From contig CP086569.2 of assembly GCA_009914755.4 (NCBI GenBank), positions 21,312,001 to 21,376,000 on the forward strand: 64,000 bases of DNA. Direction: 5' to 3'. Each line of letters opens with the position of its first letter. Position 1 is the stretch's first letter. This stretch comes from the human T2T-CHM13v2.0 reference genome, Homo sapiens. Positions 52,906 to 64,000 of the stretch are shown here, piece after piece. The translations under genes and the position numbers were made by a program. The notes beneath the pieces were generated by a model. It saw only the letters and a program-made list of their open reading frames with translations, was not told the origin of the DNA and ran no database searches.

Positions 52906-54439
52906 AATTTTAAGAAAGCACAACACACCAGACAATCCCTTCTACGGCTGCTAGGATGATTATAATATAACAATGCTTATATGCTAAAGATTGTATGAAC
53001 CAAGCCAAGCAAATTAGAGAGATCAAAAATTAAGCCAGGTGAATAGCTTACCTATGGTAATCAAATAGCCTATTTAATCTTCTGTAACTGTGTTTCTATA
53101 AGACTCAATCTATCCAGGTGCAAAAGTAGTGTCAACACTGATAAGCATCTACTTTCATATAGGTACATCTGCTGTCTTTTGATTACCATTTACTTTGAAT
53201 ATTTTTAATCCTTTCACCCTCATATTTTGGTGTACTGAAATCTAAAGATAGCTATTATCTTGGCATCAAATTATTGGGTTTTTTTCCTTTTTTATTTTAC
53301 TTATTTTTATTTTTTACCACTTCTATTACATTAGGTCTTTTGGTTCAAAAAATAAAATCCAGGTACACTTAATTATTTATTGTTAACAACTTGCTACAGC
53401 AATTTTATTTTTAAATTTTGCCTGACTTTTGCAGTTCTTGTTTTGCTTTATTCCAATTTTACTTCCTTGATTTTGTTTTTGCTGTTGTCTAATTCCAGTT
53501 GTATACCGTATCTATTTTTTTTGTTGCTTTTGTATATGTAATGCAGAATTTTTTGTGATAACAAGGAATATTACCTAAAATGTCTTGTAATATTCTAATT
53601 TAAGAAGATATTATTTTATTTGAAGATTAACATGGTTTTTACATCCCCTCACACATTTTATAGTATTAATGTTCTACTATATATCAATTTATATTCAGAA
53701 TCCATTGAGCAATTCTTTACAGGTGTATCTTATTGAAACTTTTTAAATTCTCATCCCAGAGTTACTAGTATTTAAATTAGATAATAATTATTTACTGTAG
53801 GTTTTCCTATATTATATTTTTTCCAAAAAATATTATAATTTCATGTTTTTTTATCATTGATTTGTTTCAAACAGTAAAACTGGTTAGGAAATTATTGTAA
53901 AGATATTCACAAGGAGATGAACATGCACAACTTTTTTTCTCTTTAAATGTGCTTTTTAAATATCAAACAAAGAGCTTTTCAGGTTAGAGTATTCTGAGCT
54001 AGCAATTCCTTATTTCTTTAGCACCTTCAATATGTCATTTCATTTTCTCCTTACTTGGTGATTTCTTTTATAAAGTGAGGTGATAACCTAATAGAAGATA
54101 AGTGATATGTAGCAAGTTTCTCCTATAGCTGTTTTACATTTATTTTTATCTTTTACTGTTTACAATTTCATTATAATGCTCCTTGGAGTATAAGATTTTT
54201 TATCTTGTTTTTTTTGAGTTTCATGAATTTCTGAGTTAATATTTCTCTTAGCATTTTAGATGGTTTGAACAGTATATTTCAATGCATTTTCTGCTTTTTT
54301 GTCTTTCTCTTCTGTCTTGGGTATTTCATAATTTGTCTTTTCATACAATTGACAGTAACCTCCCCACAACACTCTTACTTTAATTATTTTCCAAATGCTT
54401 TTGTTATTGTTGTTGGTGTTTCAATTGGCTGAACAAACC

Positions 54440-55940
54440 TGGAGAACAGTTTAGGCCACAAGGACTGCAAGTCTTTGGTGAGCCCAAGTGCTGGCTTGGT
54501 CCCAGAGACAGTGGACTGGAGGGAACATGCAACCTGCTGAGACACCAGCTGGGACAGTCAAGGATGTGCTGGCATCACCCCTCCACTAACCCTAGGCTGC
54601 ACAGCTCATCGCTTTAAAAAAGACCCCTTCACTCCACTTATGGAGAGGCGAGGGGAAGAGTGGGGAGGATTGTCTTCTATGTTGGATACCAGCTCAGCCA
54701 CAGCAGGATAGGATATGGGTCAGTCATGAGGCCCCCATTCCAGACCCCAGCTCCTGAACACATCCTGGGCTGGAAGGAAACCTGTTGCTTTCAAGGGAAG
54801 AACCCATTCCTGGCAGCATTCATCACCTGCTACCTGAAGAGCCCTTGGACCTTGATTAACCATCAGCAAGATCCAGGTACTACACTGAAGGTGTTGGGTG
54901 AAACTGGGAAACTCAGCACATTCCCAGCTGTCATGGCTACTGGCTGAAACCCCTTCCAGTTAAGAAAAGCAGAGGGAAAAGCAAAAGGGACTTTGTTGTA
55001 TATATCAGATATCAGCTTAACCACAGGAGATTAGAGCACCAAGTAGGCTCTTGGGTCTCTCATTCTAAGACTTGTCTATTGAATGGAATTTCTAGACCTT
55101 CCTTGGGCCAGAGGGATGCCCACAGCCCAGAAGGTTAAGTCTCAGGCCAGGAAGCATTCACTAAGAATTGATTAAGAAGCCCTTGTGCCTGAAGGGTAAA
55201 TTGATGGTAGGCTGGCAATACTCTCCATGGGTGTTTGGTCATGATAGCTACAAGGTGAGACTCCTCTGTCTTTGCAAATGGGAGAGAATACTAGGAAGGA
55301 CTGTGTCTAATAGTTTGAGTTTCAGCTAAGCCATAGTGCTGTAGAACACTAAGTAGACATCTAAGGTTTTTGACTAGTCTCTAACTTCTGGAATGTCCCT
55401 CTGGACATGGCTGGGGACTGAGGAACTAGCTACCCTAATAGGAAGGACTTGTCTTGCAACTAGGTCTGGCTGGCTTTTCAACCTGCTTACTGTAGACCCC
55501 AAGGGACTTGAGCAACCATAGGCCATAGTCAGAGTGTGGTTACAGCAGCCCTTGGGTGAGACACAGTATTGTGCTGGTCTGACGTCTGATGCAGAGCAGT
55601 CCTGGTAGTGGAGGCCACAGGGGTGCTTCTTTTACACCACCAGAAGCTCTGGGTGGCTTAGAACAAAGAGAGACTGTTCATTTGGGAGAACGTAAGAAAG
55701 ATAACAAGTGTATCTGCCTGGTAATCCAGAGAATTCTTCCAGAACTTGTGCAAGACCATCAAGGCGGCACCTCTATGAGTCTGCAAAACCACCGTGTTAC
55801 TGGGTTTGGGGAGCCCCCTAAAGCAGATACAGTTCAGATCATAACAGCCAATTCCTTTAAAATATCTGAAAAGCCTCCTCAAAGAAAGAGGGGTACAAAT
55901 AGACTCAGAGGAAGAAGGCTATTATAGATACTGAACTCTT
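54440..55940 (+). mobile_element. Probable 5' UTR of an ancient L1 (L1PB/L1MA-like), containing about three diverged tandem repeat units
   Basis: It is contiguous with the L1 ORF1 and ORF2 sequence that follows. It contains three diverged copies of a roughly 250-bp unit (tatgttggataccagctcagccacagcaggataggat...; tatatcagatatcagcttaaccacaggagattagagcac...; taatagtttgagtttcagctaagccatagtgctgtagaacac...), as described for older L1 5' UTRs. The track ORFs 54660-54947 and 55589-55927 fall inside these repeats. Confidence 0.45.
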
Positions 55941-57835
55941 CCATGCCCAAACACCAACAAATCTTTATAAATATTAACAACATTCAGGAAAACATGACCT
56001 CATTAAATGAACTAAACAAAGCACCAGTGACCAATTCTGAAGAAACAGAGCTATGTGAGGGTTCAAACAGAGAATTCAAAATTGCGGTTTTGAGGAAACA
56101 AAGATATTGAGGAAAACACACATATAAAATCATAATTCTATCAGATAAATTTAACAGAATAGAATAAATATAAGAGAATGGAATAAAAAAGAGTCAAGCA
56201 GAAATTCTGGATCTGTAAAATACAGTCGAAATGTGGGAGGATACCTCAGAGTCTCTTAATAGCAGGATTGATTAAGAAGAAGAAAGAATTAGTGAGCTTG
56301 AAAACACATTATTTGAAAATACATTCAGAGAAAACAACAATAACAAAAAACAATATCAGCGAAAATAGATTTTTAGACAAAAACTATCAAAAGAGATAAA
56401 GAAGGATTCTATATAATAATAAAGTTGTCAATTCAGAAAAATGACGTGGCAATTTTAATTATATATGTGCAAACACTGGAGCACCCAGATACACAAAGCA
56501 AATATTATTAGAGATAAAGAAAGAGATAAGCCCTGATACAATAATACCTGGAGACTTTAACATCGCACTTTCAGCATTGGACAGATCTTTCAGACAGAAA
56601 ACCAACAAACATTGAATTTAATCTTCACTAGATACAGAATGAATCTAATAGATATTTACAGAACATTTCATCCAGTGGCTGCTGAATACATGTTTTTTTC
56701 TAAGCATATGGAGCATTCTCAAGCATAAAGTGTTTGTTGGATAAACAGTTTTAAAACATGCAATAAATGAAATCATGTCAAGCATCTTCTGAATATAGTA
56801 AGATTGGATTACAATGTAATAACAAGATAAATTTTGGAAATTATACAAATACTTGGACATTCATCAATGTGCTGCTGAATGACAAGTGGGTCAATAAAAT
56901 TAGTAAAAGAAATAATATCATGGAGCACAAATAAATAATATTGAAAAAATAAAGACCAATGAAACAACATTTTTTTGTAAAGTTTAATGCAATTGACAAA
57001 CCATTAGCTAGACCAGCTAAGAAAAAAAGTGAAAACATAAATAAATAAAATCAGTGATGAAAAAGGAAACATTATAGATTACTGCAGAAATTCAAAGGAT
57101 CACTAGAGGCTACTATGAGCAAATATATGCCAAAAATTAAGAAAATCTTAAAGAAACAGACAAATTATTAAACATATATTACTTACCAGGATTGAGCCAT
57201 GAAAAAATTCAAAACATTATCAGACCAATAACAAGTGACAGGATTGAAGCTGTAATAAAAATTCTTCAAGTAAAGAAAAGCCCAGGACCCAATGGCTTTG
57301 CAGCTTAATTTTACCAAACATATTAAAAGTACTGATCCCAGTTCTACTCAAACTATTCCAGAAAACACAGGTGGATACACTTTCAAACTAATTCTATAAG
57401 GTTAGTTGTACCCTGGCACTAAAAGCAAAGACACATAACCCCACAAAAAATCTTACACACCAATATATCTGATAAATATGCAAAAATCTTCAATAAAATA
57501 CTAGCAAACCAAATGTAATAATACATTAAAAGGGTAATTCATCATGACGAATTGGAACTCATTTCTGGGATTCAAGGATAGTTCAGCATATGCAAATCAA
57601 TCAATGTAATACATCATATCAACAGAATGAAGAGCAAAAATTATTTGTTCATTTCAATTGATGCCATAAAAGCATTTGATAAAATTCAACATATCTTCAG
57701 ATAAAAATTCTAAGAAGAACTGAGGATTGAAGGAACATACTTCCACATAATAAAAACTATATATAACAGAACGACAGTTCATATTATCCTTAATGGTGTA
57801 AAACTGGAAGTCTTTCCTCTATCCATTATAATTAT
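55940..57835 (+). mobile_element. Ancient LINE-1 (L1M/L1PB-type) ORF1 3' part plus ORF2 5' half (EN and RT N-terminal region), decayed
   Basis: Motifs gaaaaggaaacattatagattactgcagaaattcaaaggatcactagaggctactatgagcaaatatatgccaaaaa, gtaaagaaaagcccaggacccaatggctttgcagc, ccaatatatctgataaatatgcaaaaatcttcaataaaatactagcaaaccaaat, ttcagcatatgcaaatcaatcaatgtaatacatcatatcaacagaatgaag and tcaattgatgccataaaagcatttgataaaattcaacat match L1M ORF2 5' consensus blocks. Confidence 0.75.
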
Positions 57836-58395
57836 TAATGGCTAATTGCCACTGTCCTGACTGAAGATTTCTTTGGGTCTCTTATTTTGTGTTCTAGTAA
57901 ACACAGTTGTTCAGGAAAATTAAAAGTTTTCTATTCATTTTGTTTTGGAATATTCTGCTCACCCTTCTTCTTAATAACTTGACACTGTTTTTGTTGCAGT
58001 TTTCTTATATGATGATAACTATCTTCCATTCAAAATAGATGTTTTTCTTGACTTTACATAGTTCTCCCCAAATAATATTTTCTCCTGTCCCAAAATTTTA
58101 ACACATTGCATGTATGCCCTTACTTCGCTTCCACTGCCTCCTCTCAATATTATGTATGTAATAAAATGTCATCTCTGCTTAAGTAACTTAATCCAAACCA
58201 TTACACCTTTTCTGAGTTCCTCTGTCCCAGTTTGCTCAATCTTGCCTGTGTTTCTTCCACCTAGTTCTGAATAACATGCTGTATTTCCTCCATTACTTCC
58301 AGATCTTACACATAAATATATAAATGGGCTAAAGATTGCTTCAGTATACTGGTGTCCAAATTGTTTATTTTTGATGGTGGACTAAGAGCTGTTAG

Positions 58396-58730
<335 letters not shown>

Positions 58731-59084
58731 AACATCCAAGTATTCTTAAGTAACCATAATTACTACACTTTAGTCATTCAATTTTTTAGGTGTGTAATCT
58801 TGCAAATTATTGCACAGTAGTTGCTGCTGATAAAAGCAAAGTCTTAATTAAACATGCCCAAACAAGTTCTCAACTCAAGGCCTTTGAAACTATTATTTTT
58901 GTAGGCATGTGGGACAACATAAGTGAGATATGCTTCCACTTGGACCCTCATTTGACCCAGAAATTACCTTATTCAACATCCTAATTGGAAAACCTGTACC
59001 TAAATTCTCTGTACATCTCATCTGTTAACTGGATCATATGGTAGGTCAATTTTTAGTTTTTAAAAGAAACTCCAAACTGATCTG

Positions 59085-59290
59085 TACAGTGGTTGTATTA
59101 ATTTACATTTTGACCAACAGTGTACAAGGGTTTCCTTTTCTCCACATCCTTACTAGCATCTGTTACTGCGTATCTTTGGATATAAGGCATTTTAAATGGG
59201 GTGATACCTTATTGTCATTTTGATTTGAATTTGTCTGATTATCAGTGATGCTCAGCACCTTTTTCTATGCATGTATGCTCTCTATATATC
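59085..59290 (-). mobile_element. Ancient LINE-1 fragment (antisense), 3'-most part of the long minus-strand L1 that continues after the Alu
   Basis: ttgaccaacagtgtacaagggtttccttttctccacatccttactagcatctgttac ... ggtgataccttattgtcattttgatttgaatttgtctgattatcagtgatgctcagcacctttttc is the antisense of the conserved ORF2 block. Confidence 0.65.
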
Positions 59291-59313
59291 TGCTTTTAAG
59301 TAATACCTATTTA

Positions 59314-59632
59314 GGACAGGCACAGTAGCTCATGCCTGTAATCACAGCATTTTGGGAAGCTAAGGTGGGCTGACCACATGAGGTCAGGAATTCAAGAGCA
59401 GCCCAGCCAAAATGGTGAAACCTCATTTCTACTAAAAATAAAAATTAGCTGGGCATTATGGCAGGTGTTTGAATGTCTCAGCTACTCAAGAGGCTGAGGA
59501 AAGAGAATCACTTGAACCCCGGAAGCAGAGGTTGTAGTGAGCTGAGATTGCCCCACTGCATTCCAGCCTGGTGGACAAAAAAAGATTCTGTCATTAAAAA
59601 AAAAAGAAAAGAAAAAAGAGAAAAATAAAGTT
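59314..59632 (+). mobile_element. Alu SINE (older, AluJ/S-like) nested in the minus-strand ancient L1
   Basis: Sequence ggacaggcacagtagctcatgcctgtaatcacagcattttgggaagctaaggtgggctgaccacatgaggtcaggaattcaagagcagcc ... gaggctgaggaaagagaatcacttgaaccccggaagcagaggttgtagtgagctgagattgccccactgcattccagcctgg followed by an A-rich tail. Confidence 0.85.
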
Positions 59633-59639
59633 TATTTAA

Positions 59640-62600
59640 ATATTGTGCCAATCTTTTGATCAAATTTTTTTGTGTATAGAATTGATAGAATTGTTTGAGC
59701 TCTTTATATTTCCTGGTTATTAATTTTTTTTGTTGGATAGGTAGTTTAAAAATATTTTCTCCAATTTTGTGGGTTATCTCTTCACTTTGTCGATTGTATC
59801 CTTTGCTATAAAGAAGCTTTTTAACTTGTGACCCCATTTGTCCATTTTTTTTCCCTCATAATTGCTTGAGCTTGCAGGGTATAGCTCAAGAGATGTTTGC
59901 CCAGACCTATGTCCTAGAGAAGTTCCCCAATGTGTTCTTATGCTAGTTTCATAGGTTTAGATCTTACATTTAAGGCTTTAATCCATTTTATTTTGATTTT
60001 TTCTTACGGCAAGAGATGTGGGACTGGTTTTATTCCTTTGCATGTGCATATCCAGTTTCTTGGCACTATTTATTTAAGAGACTGTATTTTCCCTAGTGTA
60101 TGTTCTTGGCACCTTTGTTGAAAATTAGTATTCTGTAGGTATGAAGATTTGCTTCTCAAGTCTCTATTTTGTTCCATTGGTCTATGTGTCCATGTTTATA
60201 CCAGTGCAATGGTGTTTTAGCTAGTATAATTCTGTAGCATAATTTAAAGTTAGGTAATGCTGTTCCTCCAGTTTTGTTCTTTCTGCTTAGGATGGCTTTG
60301 GTTATTCTGGGTCTTTGTAGTTCCAACTAAATTTTTGGATTTTTAAGATTCTACTTCTGTGAAGAATGTTGTTGGTATTTCTATAGGGATTGCATTAACT
60401 GTTTGGATTGCTTTGGGTAGTATGAAGATTTTAACAATATTAATTCTTCCAAACCATGAACATGAAATATTTTTCCATTTTTTTGTGTCCTTTTCAATTT
60501 TTTTTATCAATGTTTTGTACCTTTTATTATAGAGATACTTTATAACTCTGGGAAAGTTAATTCCTAGGTATTTAATTTTATGTGTGGCTATTGTAAATGG
60601 GATTACTTTTTATTTCTTTTCACATTGTTCATTGTTGGCATATAGAAATGCTACTGATTTTGCATGTTGATTTTGTATCTGACAACTTTACTGAATTTGT
60701 TTACCATTTCTCATAGTTTACTTGTCAAGTGTTTAGGTTTTACTACATATAAAATCACATTATCAGAAAATAAAAATAACTTGACTTCTTTAAAATCTGA
60801 GTACCCTTTATATTTTTCTCTTGTCTTGTTGCTCTGGCTAAAACTGACAGTACTAAGTTGAATAACAGTGGTAACAGTGGGAACTCTTGTTATGTCCCGG
60901 ATCTTAGTATAATACAAGCTGTGGATCTGTCATATATGGCTTTTATGTTGAGGTATGTTCCTTCAATCTCTAATGTCTTTGAGGATTTTTATCATGAATA
61001 TGTTTATTTTATAAAATGCTTCTTTAGTATCAATTGAAATGATCATACGCTTTTTACTCTTTACTCTGTTAATATGATGTATCATGTTGATTGATTTGTG
61101 TACATTGAGCTGTCCTTGTATCACTGGAATAAATACCACTTGGTCTTGACAAATGATTTTTCTAATATATTGTTGTATTTGGTTTCCTAGTGTTTTGTTG
61201 AGAATTTTTGCATCAATATTTATTAGAGGTATTGCCCCATGGTTTTTTATTTTTGATGTGTCATTGTCTGTTTCTGTGTTAGCATAATACTGGTGTTGAG
61301 GAATTAGTTTGAAAGTATTTCCTTCTTCTCTATTTTTCAGAATAGTGTGAACAGAATTGGTATTAGTTCTTCATTAAATGTTCAGTGAAATTTAGCAGTG
61401 AAGCTACCAGGACCCGAGCTTTTTTTACTGGAATATTTTTTTTTTATTATGGCTTCAATCGCACCATTTATTATTAGTCCATTTAGATTTAAAATTTCTT
61501 ACTAAGTCAATATTGTTAACTTTGAATGTATCTAGCAATTTGTCAGTTTCTTCCAGATTTTTGAATTTATTAATATATACTTGCTTATACTACTCACTAA
61601 TAATGCTTTGAATTTCTATAGTATCAGTTGTAATTCATTCTTTTATATATAGCTGGTGCTATTTACTTTGAACTCTTTTTTCCTTAGTCTGACTAAAGGT
61701 TTTTCAATCTTAAACTAAAAACTTTGTATTTATCTTTTTCATTGCTTTCTATTTTCATTTTTATTTATTTATTTGTGTTCTAATCTTTATCACTTTATTT
61801 CTTCTTCTAATTTTGGCTTAGATTTGCTATGCTTTCCTAGTATTTCAAGATGTATCATCAGATTATTTGAAGTGTTTTTGTTTTTTGATGTAGGTGCTCA
61901 TAGTAATAAACTTTCCTCTGAGTACTGCTTTTGCTGAATCTCACAGGGTTTGGTAGATTGTGTTTTCATTATCATTTGTTTCAAAAAAGTTTTCAATCTT
62001 CTTCTGAATCTCTTCATTGACCCACCTGTCATTTAGAAGCATATTATTTAATTTTCAGTTATTTGTATAGTTTCAAAAAATTACTTGTTATTAATTTCTA
62101 GTTTTATTCCATTGATGAGAAGATGCTTCATATAATTTCAATTTTTTAAAATGTTTTGAGACATGATTTGCTACCTAAGGTATAGTCTATCCTTGAGAAT
62201 GATCCATGTGCTGAGTAAAAGGATATATATTCTGAAGCTCTTAGATAAAATTATCTCTAAATAACTATTAAATTTATTTGGTCTATAGTGGAGATTAATT
62301 ATGACTTTTTTGTGTTGTTGATTTTCTGTCTGGAAAATCTATCTAATCTTAACAGTGGGGGGCTGAGGTCTCCAGCTATTATTGTATTGGACCCTATTTC
62401 TCTCTGTGGCTGTAATGTATGTATTATATATCTCTTTGCTCCAGTGTTGGGTTCATATATCTTTAAAATTGTTGTATCTTCTTGCTGAACTTACTCCTTT
62501 ATTATTACATAGTGAGCTTCTTTGTCTCATATAGTCTGGTCTTGAAATTTATTTTGTCTGGTAAAAGTAAGTGATTCTTGGACCTTTCTTGTTTCCAATG

Positions 62601-62813
62601 ACATGAAATATATTTTCACATCACTTTATTTTCAGGCTATGTGTATTTTTATAGGCAAAGTGTATTTCTTATAGGCAACTGGCGAGTGTCTTATTTTTTC
62701 ATACATTCAGCCAGTCTATTTTAATTGGATAGTTGAGTCCACTTACGTTCAATGATATTATTGATTATTATGAACTTATACCCTGCCATTTTGTGGTTTG
62801 TTTTCTGGGTTTT

Positions 62814-62864
<51 letters not shown>

Positions 62865-64000
62865 TCTTTTTCTCCTTTTTTCTTTTATTGCTGTCTTTCT
62901 CTAGCGAAGATAAGAGTCTCTGGTGATATGATTTAATTTTCTGCTTTTCATTTTTTGCATTTTTAAAATATTTTTTTGTTTGAGGTTACCATGAGACTTG
63001 CAAATGCTATCTTATAGCCCATTATTTCAACCTGATATCACTATTTGCATAAACTAACAAGCAAAAAGAAAACTAATAAAAACTCAGATTAACTTCAGCT
63101 TCCACCCAACTTTTCTTACTTGTTACTTCTATTTATATTTTACTCTACTGTGTCCTAAAATGTTGTGATTATTACTTTTTTTTTATTGCTTAGTTTTTCC
63201 ACTTAGGATAACAGTAGTTTACACACTGTAGTTAGAGTGTTATTATATCCTGTGTTTTCCTCCATACTTATTTTTATCCATAAGTTTTGTACCTTCAGGT
63301 GATTGTTGATTGTTCCTTAACACTTTTTTCTTTCTGACTGAAGTACTCCCTTTAGGTTTGCTTGTAGAATGCATCTGGTATTCATGAAATCCCATAGCTT
63401 TTGTTTGCTGAAAAAGTCTTTACATCTTCTTTATATGTGAAAGATATTTTCACCAGCTATACTATTCTAGGATAAAAATGGATTCATTTGTCCTTTTTTT
63501 TCTTTCAGCACTTCAAATATGTCATGACATTCTTTCTTGTTCTGCAAAGTTTCCACTAACAAGTCTGCTGCCAGACATGTTGGAGCACCATTGTAGGTTT
63601 TTTTTTGTTTTTTTTTTTTTCTCTCTTGCTGCTTTTAAGATCCTTTATCCTTGACCTTTAGGAGTTTGATTATTAAATTCCCTGAAGTAGTCTTATTTGG
63701 GTTAAGTCGTCTTGGTGTCTATAACCTTCTTGTATTTGAATGTTGATTTCTTCCTGTAGGTTTGCAATAGTTTTCTGTTACTATTCCTTTGTATAAACTT
63801 TCTACCCCTATCTTTTTCTCTACCTCCTCTTTAAGGCCAATAACTCCAGAGGCTACTTTCTAGATGCTGTAGGCATGCTTTATTATTTTCTTTTTTTTCT
63901 CTGACTGTATATTTTCTGTTTGCCTATCTTCAAGCTCACTAAGTCTTTCTTCTGTTTCATCCATTATATTAATACATCTCTGATGTATTCTTCTGTATGC
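59640..64000 (-). mobile_element. Ancient LINE-1 (L1PB/L1MA-type), antisense: ORF2 then ORF1 then 5' region, continuing beyond the window edge
   Basis: The plus strand reads antisense L1 throughout (ttctccaattttgtgggttatctcttcactttgtcgattgtatcctttgctataaagaagc; gttcctccagttttgttctttctgcttaggatggctttggttattctgggtctttg; ccaaaccatgaacatgaaatatttttccattttt; attgagctgtccttgtatcactggaataaataccacttggtc; ttttgcatcaatatttattagaggtattg; tctccagctattattgtattggaccctatttctctc). A (GT)n repeat interrupts it at 62815-62863. Confidence 0.7.
62815..62863. repeat. (GT)n microsatellite, about 24 units
   Basis: A perfect gt dinucleotide run is visible. Confidence 0.95.

Noticed and set aside
54660-55927. Two ORFs of 95 and 112 aa in a GC-moderate patch that could be candidate exons of a host gene
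   Set aside because: The patch is built from about three diverged tandem copies of a roughly 250-bp unit and is contiguous with L1 ORF1 and ORF2 sequence. This fits an ancient L1 tandem-repeat 5' UTR. I saw no splice-site context and the reading frames are short.

Overview
This window is primate (almost certainly human) nuclear DNA, not a prokaryotic locus. Diagnostic Alu SINEs, LINE-1 elements of several ages, a THE1/MST-type MaLR retrotransposon, an ERV9-type LTR12 fragment, a MADE1 mariner MITE and numerous microsatellites make up well over half of the sequence. The non-repeat portions are AT-rich and CpG-poor. I see no CpG island, no convincing spliced protein-coding exon and no RNA gene, which is consistent with an intronic or intergenic, gene-poor region. 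Every ORF above about 100 aa in the supplied six-frame track maps to a LINE-1 ORF1 or ORF2 remnant; the largest are the 368-aa and 281-aa pieces of ORF2 (endonuclease-RT-Cys domain protein). The other mid-sized ORFs are chance reading frames in LTR- or Alu-derived sequence. I find no evidence of a novel biological system. Three structurally informative insertions stand out: (a) a full-length, roughly 6.1 kb L1PA element on the minus strand at 20492-26630, flanked by a perfect 11-bp target-site duplication; (b) a full-length, roughly 6.0 kb L1PA element on the plus strand at 40370-46409, with a 13-14 bp target-site duplication; and (c) between them, a young L1 (L1PA2/3 or L1HS-like) showing a classic twin-priming 5' inversion, a 13-bp target-site duplication, a (TAAA)n tail and a possible short 3' transduction at 36138-39727. 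Other notable items are a complete MaLR element with both LTRs, an older twin-primed L1 fragment with a 9-bp target-site duplication, an 89-bp near-identical direct duplication 6.7 kb apart, and a diverged roughly 320-bp direct-repeat pair bracketing an LTR12 fragment. All coordinates come from manual reading and are accurate to about 10 bp. Subfamily names are from memory of consensus sequences and should be confirmed with RepeatMasker or Dfam.
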